From NCBI GenBank assembly GCA_050185215.1, contig JBFWZP010000012.1:11439-75438 (forward strand): a stretch of 64,000 bases of DNA, given 5' to 3'. This stretch comes from Dehalococcoidia bacterium (GTDB lineage Bacteria > Chloroflexota > Dehalococcoidia > Tepidiformales > Tepidiformaceae). Each line of letters begins with the position of its first letter. The first letter of the stretch is position 1. The notes beneath the pieces are model-generated. The model saw only the letters and a program-made list of their open reading frames with translations, did no database searches and was not told where the DNA came from. Positions 23,782-32,300 of the stretch are shown here, one piece after another. A program made the position numbers and the translations under genes.

Positions 23782-25043
23782 ATGTGGCTGTCGTCGGCAT
23801 CGGCCGCATCGGGCTCCCCGTAGCCGCGACCATTGCCTCTCGGGGCCATCAAGTCCTCGGCTGCGACGTAAACGTTGCCCTCGTCGAACGCGTGAACCGC
23901 GCCGAAAACCCGATCCCCGATGAAGCCGGTCTCGACGCCATGCTTCGTGAGGTCATCGCCGCTGGCACCTTGAAGGCCACGACTGAGACGGCAAAAGCCG
24001 TCGCGGAGTCCCAGGTCGTGCTCTTTGCGGTCCGCGTGGACGTCGATGCCCAGGGCCGAGCCGACCTTCAGTACCTCTTCGCAGCCGCGGAAGAGGCTGC
24101 GAAAGGTCTCCAGCCTGGCACCCTCTGCATCTTCGATACCACTCTCCCGGTCGGTACCACGCGCAACGAGCTGGCGCCGCGTCTCGAAGCAACCGGCAAG
24201 AAACTCGGCGTCGATTTCCACGTCGCGTTCAGCCCGGAGCGGCTTCTCATGGGGCGCGTTATCGAAGACCTGACCAAGTACCCGAAGGTGGTCGGTGGCG
24301 TCGATCCCGGGGCGGGCGCCAGGGCCGCCGCCTTCTATCGCGAAGTCTTCGGCGGCGAAGTCCTCGAACTCGGCAGTGCCGAAGCCGCCGAACTGAGCAA
24401 GCTCGCCGAGGGTAGCTATCGCGACCTCAATATCGCCCTCGCCAACGAACTGGCGATGATTGCAGATGTCCACGGCATCGACATCACGGAGGTCATCGCC
24501 GCCGCGAACTCGCAGCCGTACTCGCATATTCACGTGCCCGGCACAGGCGTTGGCGGGCACTGCATCCCCGTTTACCCCCGCTTCCTCATGCAGGGCGAAG
24601 GGCCCAGCGATTTGCCCGAACTCGGCCGCCGTGTGAACGACGCCATGCCCGGTTACGTGGTGGAGCGTGCCGGCCGCCTCGTGGGCGGCCTGTCCGGGAA
24701 GCGCGTGCTCATCATGGGCCTCACCTTCCGGCCGGATGTCGCCGTAACCTTCCACACGAACGCCGTCGACCTCCTCCGCGAGTTCGAATCTCGGGGCTCC
24801 ATCGTCTTCGGCCACGACCCGCTTCTCAGCGAAGCCGGCCTCCGCGAACTCGGATTCGAACCAGCTGAGGCGCTCGCCGGCTTCGACATTGCGGTCGTCC
24901 ACAGCAATCACAAGCACTACCGGGCGGTCGATTGGGCCGGCCTCGCCCCTCTCGTCGTCGATGCACGAAATGCCCTCGACCGTGCTGAAATCGAAGCCGC
25001 GGGAGTCAACTATCTCGGTGTTGGCCGCCCGGCTACCGCCTGA
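23778..25043 (+). CDS. UDP-sugar 6-dehydrogenase family (WbpA/WecC-like)
   Basis: The product begins MNVAVVGIGRIGLPVA and carries the catalytic-region pattern GTGVGGHCIPVYP. It overlaps the upstream gene by 4 nt. Confidence 0.85.
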   Translation: MNVAVVGIGRIGLPVAATIASRGHQVLGCDVNVALVERVNRAENPIPDEAGLDAMLREVIAAGTLKATTETAKAVAESQVVLFAVRVDVDAQGRADLQYLFAAAEEAAKGLQPGTLCIFDTTLPVGTTRNELAPRLEATGKKLGVDFHVAFSPERLLMGRVIEDLTKYPKVVGGVDPGAGARAAAFYREVFGGEVLELGSAEAAELSKLAEGSYRDLNIALANELAMIADVHGIDITEVIAAANSQPYSHIHVPGTGVGGHCIPVYPRFLMQGEGPSDLPELGRRVNDAMPGYVVERAGRLVGGLSGKRVLIMGLTFRPDVAVTFHTNAVDLLREFESRGSIVFGHDPLLSEAGLRELGFEPAEALAGFDIAVVHSNHKHYRAVDWAGLAPLVVDARNALDRAEIEAAGVNYLGVGRPATA

Positions 25044-25048
25044 TCTGT

Positions 25049-25099
25049 CCTCGCCCGCAAAGACAGATGTCGGGAGAGCAACTGCGTTGGAGGTGAGGG
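25049..25099 (+). repeat. degenerate REP-like element, possible copy 4
   Basis: The sequence is CCTCGCCCG-n13-CGGGAGAG...GGAGGTGAGGG. It shares the arm and tail motifs but is diverged. An alternative 7-bp hairpin ATCTGTC/GACAGAT (25043-25068) overlaps it. Confidence 0.35.
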
Positions 25100-25107
25100 C
25101 CGGCGAT

Positions 25108-26871
25108 TCACCGCCCCCGGAACGTCGGATCCGTCTGGTCGATCCAGCAGTCCGCGAACCGGTGCTGATAACCATCCGAGGTATCCAGCGGAAAACCTTT
25201 TACGTAGGGCCACGAAAGAGCGACCACCCGCTCGCTCACCAGGTTCACGCCGGCGTTTAAGGTCAACAACCGGCGCTGGATGTTGTAGCCAATTTCGCGG
25301 CGCGCCGCCTTGTCCAGTTCCACGCGTTCCGCATCAATCATCGACGTGACCTCATCATCGCGGAGCGGGAAGCTGTTCTTCGAACCGTTGGCATGGAAAT
25401 ACGGGTAGACCCAGTCGTCCAGGTCTATCCACCCGTTGTCGGGTGCCGCCACCCAGGGAGCTTCGCCGGTCAGCAGAAGGCTCGAAAGCTGTGTCAGCGG
25501 GATCGGCACCACCCTTACCTGGTCCAGCCCCAGGTTCGCGGCGAGCTGATCGCGGATGGTCGCACCAAACTCCAGCGCGGCCTCCGTGTCATCCAAAACG
25601 AAGAGCGGAAGTTCATCCTTCACCGTCTTTTCGCTCTTGAATGCATCGAGCAATGCCCTGGCTTCGCCGATGTCTTGCTGGCGCCCGCCATCACCGGGCC
25701 GGTATCCCGCGAGCGTCGTCAGCTCACTTTCTGGTAGCGCCCAGTCCGTCATCGGCCAGCTGATCCACGGGTTTATCCCTCCGGAGCCGCCGAAGAACTT
25801 GTCGATCATCGCCCGCCGGTCCAGCGCAATCGTGACCGCGGTGCGGAAGCGGATGTCGTTGTACGGGTCGTTCACCAGCGAGAAGCGCATGCCGAAGAAC
25901 TGCGAGTGCCCCATGGTCGTTTCGGTCAGCTGTGGGATGGCCTTTTTCAGCCGGTCGGCGAGGATTCGGCCCACCATTGCGGCATCGATCTCACGTGTTC
26001 GCAGTACACCTTCGACGTCCGCCGTCGATGTCGGCTGCACCAGCGAGATGCCGTCGAGATTCGGACGCCGGTCGCCGCCGTACCAGTCCGGGTTGCGGCG
26101 AACGCTGGCGTGCTTGCCATCGACCCACTCCACCCACTGGAATGGCCCGCTGCCGACCTGTGAATTCGCATCGATATCGTTGCGGTCCCCCGCGATCTCC
26201 GGCGCGACGATGAAGCTGTGAACGTCCGCGAAGCGGTGATGAATCGACGCCAATGGCGACTTCAGCTTCACTGTCACAGTCGTTGCCGACGTGGCCTCAA
26301 CCGAGTCCACGATCGACCACTGCGCCTTCCGCACAAAGCTCTGATCATCCCCAATCTGGCGGTCGATCGAGAACTTCACATCGTCGGCGGTCACCGCCCG
26401 GCCTTTGAGCGGTGCCAGGTCCTGCCAGCGAGCGTTCGGGTTCAGCTGGAACACGAGCGTCTGGGCGTCCGGCTGCTCGGGCATCTTCGTCGCGAGGTCG
26501 GGCACGATGACGCCCTTGGCCTGGTCCTGGTAATTCAGCAGCCGGCTGAAGACCAGCGCCTGCTGGCCATAGAACGGCCCCGCCTGCGACTTGTGTGGGT
26601 CGAAAGACTGATCGCGCACCACGAAACCCGTATAGCGAAGGGTCTCGCCGCGCTTGCCGTCCTGGGTCCGTGGGGTGGGCGTCGGGGTGACTTCCGGAGT
26701 CTCGTCTTCGATTTCAGTCGGTGTGAGAATCCCCGAGTCGTCACCGCTGCCGCCGCTGCACCGAAGCGCTGCCAATCCAGCCGCGCTTGCCGTGGCGGTC
26801 ATTGCCCCCAGCATCCAGCGGCGGGAAACGCGCTTCTCCCCGAGCCGTTTCCTCGTCATGCCTGATTCCAT
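25108..26871 (-). CDS. ABC transporter substrate-binding protein, family 5 (peptide/nickel type), with a Tat-like signal
   Basis: The N-terminus SRRWMLGAMTATASAAGLAAL has a twin-arginine pattern. The 587-aa body shows SBP_bac_5-like motifs (LRYTGF..., WQDL.PL..R.VTADDVKFS). Confidence 0.75.
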   Translation of the reverse strand: MESGMTRKRLGEKRVSRRWMLGAMTATASAAGLAALRCSGGSGDDSGILTPTEIEDETPEVTPTPTPRTQDGKRGETLRYTGFVVRDQSFDPHKSQAGPFYGQQALVFSRLLNYQDQAKGVIVPDLATKMPEQPDAQTLVFQLNPNARWQDLAPLKGRAVTADDVKFSIDRQIGDDQSFVRKAQWSIVDSVEATSATTVTVKLKSPLASIHHRFADVHSFIVAPEIAGDRNDIDANSQVGSGPFQWVEWVDGKHASVRRNPDWYGGDRRPNLDGISLVQPTSTADVEGVLRTREIDAAMVGRILADRLKKAIPQLTETTMGHSQFFGMRFSLVNDPYNDIRFRTAVTIALDRRAMIDKFFGGSGGINPWISWPMTDWALPESELTTLAGYRPGDGGRQQDIGEARALLDAFKSEKTVKDELPLFVLDDTEAALEFGATIRDQLAANLGLDQVRVVPIPLTQLSSLLLTGEAPWVAAPDNGWIDLDDWVYPYFHANGSKNSFPLRDDEVTSMIDAERVELDKAARREIGYNIQRRLLTLNAGVNLVSERVVALSWPYVKGFPLDTSDGYQHRFADCWIDQTDPTFRGR

Positions 26872-26927
26872 ACTATCGCGAGGTGGTCTTAGAGACCGCG
26901 AAGCCGCATTTACCCGGGAGGAAACCG

Positions 26928-27215
26928 ATGGCGCGCACGAAGCTCAGTCCCGCCAAAGTCGCCGAAGGGCTTGCCCACCTCAAAGGCTGGAAGTCCGACG
27001 CCGACCTTGCCATTACCAAGAAGTTCACCTTCAAAGACCATATCGCTGCCCTCGGCTTCGTCGTGAAGGTCGCCACTACCGCGGAAACTATCGACCATCA
27101 CCCCGAGATCAGCTGGGTCTACAACAACGTCGCGATCCGCCTGAGCACCCACGATGCCGGCGGGGTGACCGCGAGAGATTTCGATCTCGCGGCCAGGATC
27201 GACGCCCTGAAGTAG
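26928..27215 (+). CDS. phhB: pterin-4-alpha-carbinolamine dehydratase
   Basis: The product reads MARTKLSPAKVAEGLAHLKGWK...FTFKDHIAALGFVVKVATTAETIDHHPEISWVYNNV. The ORF-track start at 26787 is an upstream extension. Confidence 0.85.
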   Translation: MARTKLSPAKVAEGLAHLKGWKSDADLAITKKFTFKDHIAALGFVVKVATTAETIDHHPEISWVYNNVAIRLSTHDAGGVTARDFDLAARIDALK

Positions 27216-27226
27216 CGAGAAACGAA

Positions 27227-27248
27227 GAAGGCCGCATTAGCGGCCTTC
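27227..27248. terminator. hairpin between convergent genes (likely terminator, better U-tract on the minus strand)
   Basis: The stem is GAAGGCCGC paired with GCGGCCTTC, with loop ATTA. The minus-strand reading is followed by TTCGTTTC. Confidence 0.6.
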
Positions 27249-27272
27249 GTACTGTTGGAACCCTCGGGGAAC

Positions 27273-27791
27273 CTAAACCGAGAAGCCGCTGGCTTCCTTT
27301 ATCTTCCGCGCCGCCGTCACGATCTCCTTCTCCTCGGGGGTCAGATCCTCAAACGGTTTCAGGACCTCGTTCTTCAACGGGAAGATGTGGATCGAATCCC
27401 AGCCACAAACGTCCTCACAGAGGCGGCAGCCCGTGCACTTCTTTTCGTCGAGGGTGCTTACTCCGAAGAAGTCGTCGATCCGGTCCGTGTGTTTCAAGCT
27501 CAGTGCATCGAACGGGCAGATGTTGATGCAAAGCTCACACCCCGAACCGATGCACTTCTCTTCGATGACGACCGCCTTCGGCCAGTCGTTCTTCTTGAAC
27601 GTCGCGCATACGTTTCCGAACGTGTCGAGAATGGCCTCCGGCGGGCAGACGATGCCGCAGGCGCCGCAGTCGATGCACAGGGTGGGGTCGATAACGTGGA
27701 GTTGGTTGCGCTCACCGGTGATCGCGTTCGTTGGACAACGCTTCGTGCAGGCAGTGCATCCGATGCAGGTCTCGACAATGGAATACGGCAA
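27273..27791 (-). CDS. polyferredoxin-like protein with four 4Fe-4S-type Cys motifs
   Basis: The four Cys clusters are CIGCTACTKRCP, CIDCGACGIVCP, CIGSGCELCINICP and CTGCRLCEDVCG. Confidence 0.85.
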   Translation of the reverse strand: MPYSIVETCIGCTACTKRCPTNAITGERNQLHVIDPTLCIDCGACGIVCPPEAILDTFGNVCATFKKNDWPKAVVIEEKCIGSGCELCINICPFDALSLKHTDRIDDFFGVSTLDEKKCTGCRLCEDVCGWDSIHIFPLKNEVLKPFEDLTPEEKEIVTAARKIKEASGFSV

Positions 27792-27833
27792 ATGAAAACC
27801 CTCACAAAGGGGTTGGTTGTGCCTCCAGTCTAG

Positions 27834-28382
27834 TCATTTGCGCCGGGCTGTTCCACTCAGTGCCAACTTCACCATCTCGTTCGCGTGCCCGTCGAAGGGA
27901 AACAGCTGCCTGCGCACCATTCTCAGCGAATGAAGGATCCCCAGGTGCGCGATGTGTTTTGCCTCGGTGCTGTACGACATGCTCACGCTTCGCTCGGCGA
28001 AAACCTCCTGGTCTCGAACATAATGCTGCTGGCCGGGCAGCACGATCACATCGAGGTCAAGGTCGATGAAGTCCATCCGGTGCTGCCAACGAATCGCCGG
28101 AAACGCGGCATCGCACTTCGCATCGACGAATCGGCCCCGCTCGTCGAACCAGAAGAGAATGCTGACCGGCTCCTCGAAGCCGATGTAGTGAAGCCCGAGG
28201 CCGCTTGGGGCCTCTCGGGCTGTGGCGTTCGACTCCCGCTTCTCGTGCCGGCCCGGATCATGGAGCACGACTGCCCAGCCTGGGAGTTCGGCCAGTACTT
28301 CCCCATCCCACTCATAGCGCACCGAGCCATCGAACTTTAGCTTCCGCACAACGATATCGTTCCTGCTCACGCTCGACCTCAA
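27834..28382 (-). CDS. DUF402-domain protein (FomD/Ntdp-like nucleoside di/triphosphatase fold)
   Basis: The DUF402-like core reads RFVDAKCDAAFPA...MDFIDLDLDVIVLPG...YVRDQEVF. The TTG start at 28382 overlaps the upstream stop (TTGA); GTG at 28370 is an alternative. Confidence 0.6.
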   Translation of the reverse strand: MRSSVSRNDIVVRKLKFDGSVRYEWDGEVLAELPGWAVVLHDPGRHEKRESNATAREAPSGLGLHYIGFEEPVSILFWFDERGRFVDAKCDAAFPAIRWQHRMDFIDLDLDVIVLPGQQHYVRDQEVFAERSVSMSYSTEAKHIAHLGILHSLRMVRRQLFPFDGHANEMVKLALSGTARRK

Positions 28383-28678
28383 CTTTTCGGAGGGTGGCGC
28401 TTCAGGGTCGCGATTTCGTCATCTTCCAGGTACTGGTTCAAGGCTTCCTTCAGCGTCCGGATCTCAGGGAAACCGCCTTCGGTCTTCGTCGAAGCGATGA
28501 GGTTGCCATTCACTCGTACTTCGAAGATCCCGCCATGCGCGGGCACAAGCGTCAGCCCCGAAACAAAGTCGCCGTACGTGTGCAGGAGTTCCTGCGCCAC
28601 CCAGGTTGCCCGCGGGAGGAAGTTGCAGCGCGAGCAATAGGCGATCTCCACCGCCAGCCGCTTTCCTGGGTCGCTCAT
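28379..28678 (-). CDS. Rdx (SelW/SelT/SelH)-family thioredoxin-like protein, Cys form
   Basis: The product begins MSDPGKRLAVEIAYCSRCNFLPRATWVAQELL and continues GGIFEV.VNG.LI.S.K..GGFPE. A CxxC sits where selenoprotein W homologues have CxxU. The ATG overlaps the nitroreductase stop (ATGA). Confidence 0.75.
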   Translation of the reverse strand: MSDPGKRLAVEIAYCSRCNFLPRATWVAQELLHTYGDFVSGLTLVPAHGGIFEVRVNGNLIASTKTEGGFPEIRTLKEALNQYLEDDEIATLKRHPPKS

Positions 28679-29316
28679 GCCCGTTTCGCGCCCCACTGCT
28701 CCCAGTACGTGATGTCTTCCACCGGCCTCCGGAATCCCGACCCAAATTTGCCCTTCGGCCAGCCCACCGGGATGAGCGCCGCCGTCTCCACTGATTCCGG
28801 AATCCCGAGCAGCTCCCGAATCTCCTTCTGATGCGCTCGGTGCACCGTCGTCAGCGCAGTCCCCAGGCCCAGTGCGCGTGCCGCCAGCATCAGGTTCTGT
28901 ACCGCCGGGTAAATGCTCGATCCGGACGTGATGTCGCCGTTGCCGGTCAGCGAGCAGGCGAACAAGAGCACCGGGACCTCGTGCATGTGCTCGGCGAGGT
29001 ATGTGGCACTCTTCATCACGCGCTCGTTGCTTGCAGCTTCTTCTGGGGGCAAGTTCGCCCCGGCTCCGTAGCCCGATGCAACCGCCTTCGACCAGCTCTC
29101 GTTGTACCAGCCCTGGATTTTCTTCTTCTTCTCAGCATCGGTAACCACCAGCCAGCGCCAGCCCTGGCGGTTACCACCGCTCGGTGCGCGCGTGGCTGCC
29201 CAGAGGATCTTCTTGATGTACTCCTTCGGTACCGGGTCGGGCTTCAGCCGGCGCATCGCGCGCTGGGTTCCTATGACTTCGAAGAAGTCGCTCTCGACGA
29301 CGGCAGGTTCAGGCAT
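28675..29316 (-). CDS. nitroreductase-family flavoprotein
   Basis: The start MPEPAV is preceded by GGAG. The product contains RAMRRLKPDPVPKEYIKKILWAATRAPSGGNRQGWRWLVV and a late ALGLGTALTT motif. Confidence 0.8.
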   Translation of the reverse strand: MPEPAVVESDFFEVIGTQRAMRRLKPDPVPKEYIKKILWAATRAPSGGNRQGWRWLVVTDAEKKKKIQGWYNESWSKAVASGYGAGANLPPEEAASNERVMKSATYLAEHMHEVPVLLFACSLTGNGDITSGSSIYPAVQNLMLAARALGLGTALTTVHRAHQKEIRELLGIPESVETAALIPVGWPKGKFGSGFRRPVEDITYWEQWGAKRA

Positions 29317-29383
29317 AGTGGGCTCCAGGACACGATTTGGCCTCCGATGGTACGCCATGGAAGATGCGTTCGGACGGGCCGGC

Positions 29384-32300
29384 TTACTTCACGCGGTAGA
29401 TGACGTCCTCGCCGTTCCGGAAGACTTCTTCGAGGTTCGTCATCTCTGCGAACTTGGCGATCCCTTCTTCGCTTCCGTGGAACCGCTCTTCCGCGCCAAC
29501 AATCACGTAACTGACGTTGTACTTCTGCAGGTACGATGTCGCGAAGACAGGATCCGGAACGCGATAGAACTGTTCCGTATCGAACCTGCGCTGCTGCACG
29601 AGGTCGGCATAGTCTGTGCGCTGCTGGATCTGATGCCAGTCCCAGCCGATCACCGCGGGCAGCCCCGTGTATTCCGAAATCCGCCCTGTCCAGTGATACA
29701 GCCCGCCGACGGCTTCGACGATGACCGGTGAGCCCTCCACGTTGTTCCGCAGCCAATCGATCAGCACCTTGTCGTCTTCGAGCACAATCGGCGTATCGGC
29801 AGAAGGATCGCCATCGACGGTTTCGACGTAGACCGCGCCGGGAAGGAATGCGAACCCGTTGAGTGTCGGGGCCGTATCGTGGAAGCGCGCGTTCTGACGA
29901 GCAGCGGTCCCTGAAATCAAGAACAGGCTGGCTCCGAACATCAGGCCGACCAGCACCGACGTGCCTGCAACTGCCGAGATCGTCCTCCCGGCGCGGGGCT
30001 TCGGCCGCCAGCCATGAGCATCCCAGAGGTACGAGCCCACGTACCAGGCCGCGAAGCCGCTTGCCAGCGCGAACAGCTGCCATGCCTGCAGCCCGAACTT
30101 GAATACCGTGTTCATTCGTTCGATGTCGCCCTTGAGGGTGACGATATCGACGCCTACCGCGACGCCGAAGGCGAGGATGAACAGGGCAGTCGTCAGCGTC
30201 CGGGCGAAGTCGGGCTCTCGGCGGTTGAATTCCAGCCACAACAGGTTGAATAGGAACACCTCGAAGACCGCGCCGAACGCGATCGTCGTCAGCCCGAACG
30301 GCCACGTCGCGGCCACGAGGCCGCTGAGGAAAATCACCAGCGATGCGAGTTCGAGCCAGCCGTTCACCATTGCCAGGACCGGGTTGCGGCCGTGGTCGAA
30401 GTCACGCGCGGCCAGCTCTTCGCGGTAGCGCACGGCGATGAACGCAACCGCGAAGGCCACGTAGACGCCGAATTGCACGAAGAACTGGTGCGCCTTCGTG
30501 GTCGCGACGGCCCGCCTGATTCCGGGGTCGAAGGTCTCGAAATGGGCCGTGTACGGCGCGTACGCAACGCTGGCCAGCACGCCCGCAAGGGCGAGATGCG
30601 CCACGGCGTCCCAGAATCGCTGCTGCCACCGCCCTTCGGTTCGCAACATCTGGCCGAGTGGTATCCCCACCACGGTCATCAGCACCACCGTGGGGAAGTC
30701 CCAGGTGTGGACTGTCCGCACGAGCCCGACGGCCAGCCCCAACACACCCGCCAACACCCAGCTCTGCGCGCGCATCCTGCTGCGCACGCTCGCACAGTAG
30801 CCGATGAGCAAAGTCACCACCGCCCCGAAGAACGGCAACCCCATCAGGTGCGGGTGAAGGTCTCCAAACAGCATCGACCAGTATGGGAACTCCGTGATGT
30901 CGATGACCCCGAAATGCACCCGTGAGCTTCGCCACCAGTCGAACGGCGGCAGCTTCGTGCCATCGATCAGCCAGGCCTTCAGTCCGCCGATGATCCCAAC
31001 TGCGCCACCGATTACGGGTGTGCCCTCGGCCAGGCTCCAGGTATTCACGGACTGAAGGCGCTCGATCCACTGGTGCGCGCCGTCCAGGTTCCCGATCCCG
31101 ATCAACAAGATAGCCCCGAGGACGCCCGCGAGGATTGCGGGTCTCCGCGAGACTTTCGCCGTTACAGCTCTTGCTTTGGTCCCCAGGCCCACCAGCGAAT
31201 GCACCACCGTGAAGGCCACACTGGAGGCCAGTGCCGCATACGTTGGCACCCCAAGGTTGAACGCCACCTCGGGAACAATCTTGAGCGCTCGAATGGGCAC
31301 GCTCAGGAAGAACCACCCCATGTAGTAGTAGTTCAGCGAGCCACCGGCGAACCACGGGTCGTACGGCGGCATGGTGGTCGAACGGGTGACCGCCGTCAGG
31401 TACGCGATCTCCATCGGTTTCTCGCCGCCCTGCGGGTGATGCCAGAGGTCCGGGTTGTACGCCCGGATGAGCAGGAACACGAAGAACGCGGCAAGGAACA
31501 CCGCATCTACCGCCAACCAGGAGGCCCAGTGTTCCTTCACGTCAGCGAGCAGCGCCTCGCGCCGGATAACGGCGACCGCCACCCCGAGGATCGCGACGCT
31601 CGCGAACACCACCCAGACCAGGCTGCCGGAGTAGTGCACCGTCCCCCAGGCCACCAGCATCCACGTCGTTAACGCCACCGAGGTGATTCCCAACAGTTTG
31701 CTCAGGCCGTATCCGCGTGCCGGTAGTGCCCGCAACAGCCAAGTAACCCACGGCACGGTCGCGACAGCGGCAACTTCCAGCCAGACCAGCCACCAGAGCC
31801 ACGGCAGGTGGCTTGCCCAGCCATTGGCGTCGAACACGTCCGTGAACGTTCCGCCGGATTGTTGTACTTCGGCCTCTTCCGGCGTGAACTGCAGCCCGTT
31901 TGTGCGTCCCTGCCTCGGCAGGAGATTCACCGCCCGTTCAGGGTGTGCCTCATCGAGGAGAGCGATCGCGCGCTGGGCGTCAAAGGCATCGGTCTTCTTG
32001 TAAATCCGCACCTCGGGGTGGTCGTACACCGTGAACGACTCCTCCGCCCCGGAGTCGTCGATCGAAAGGCCCAGGAACGTGGGGTGCACCTTGAAGGTCG
32101 CAACTCGCTCGAAGCCAAGCTCGCCCGAATCCAGCAGCTGGTAATAGCGCAACGTCGCCGGGTACTCGCGCTCCAGCTTCTTCACCGAATCCCGCACGCG
32201 GTTCGAAGTGATGGCGACATAATCGGCACTGATCAGTCCGCCAGCGTTCGGGTTCCCGGGGTCGCCCAACACCAGCTTCTCGACCTTTTCCAGCGAGTCC

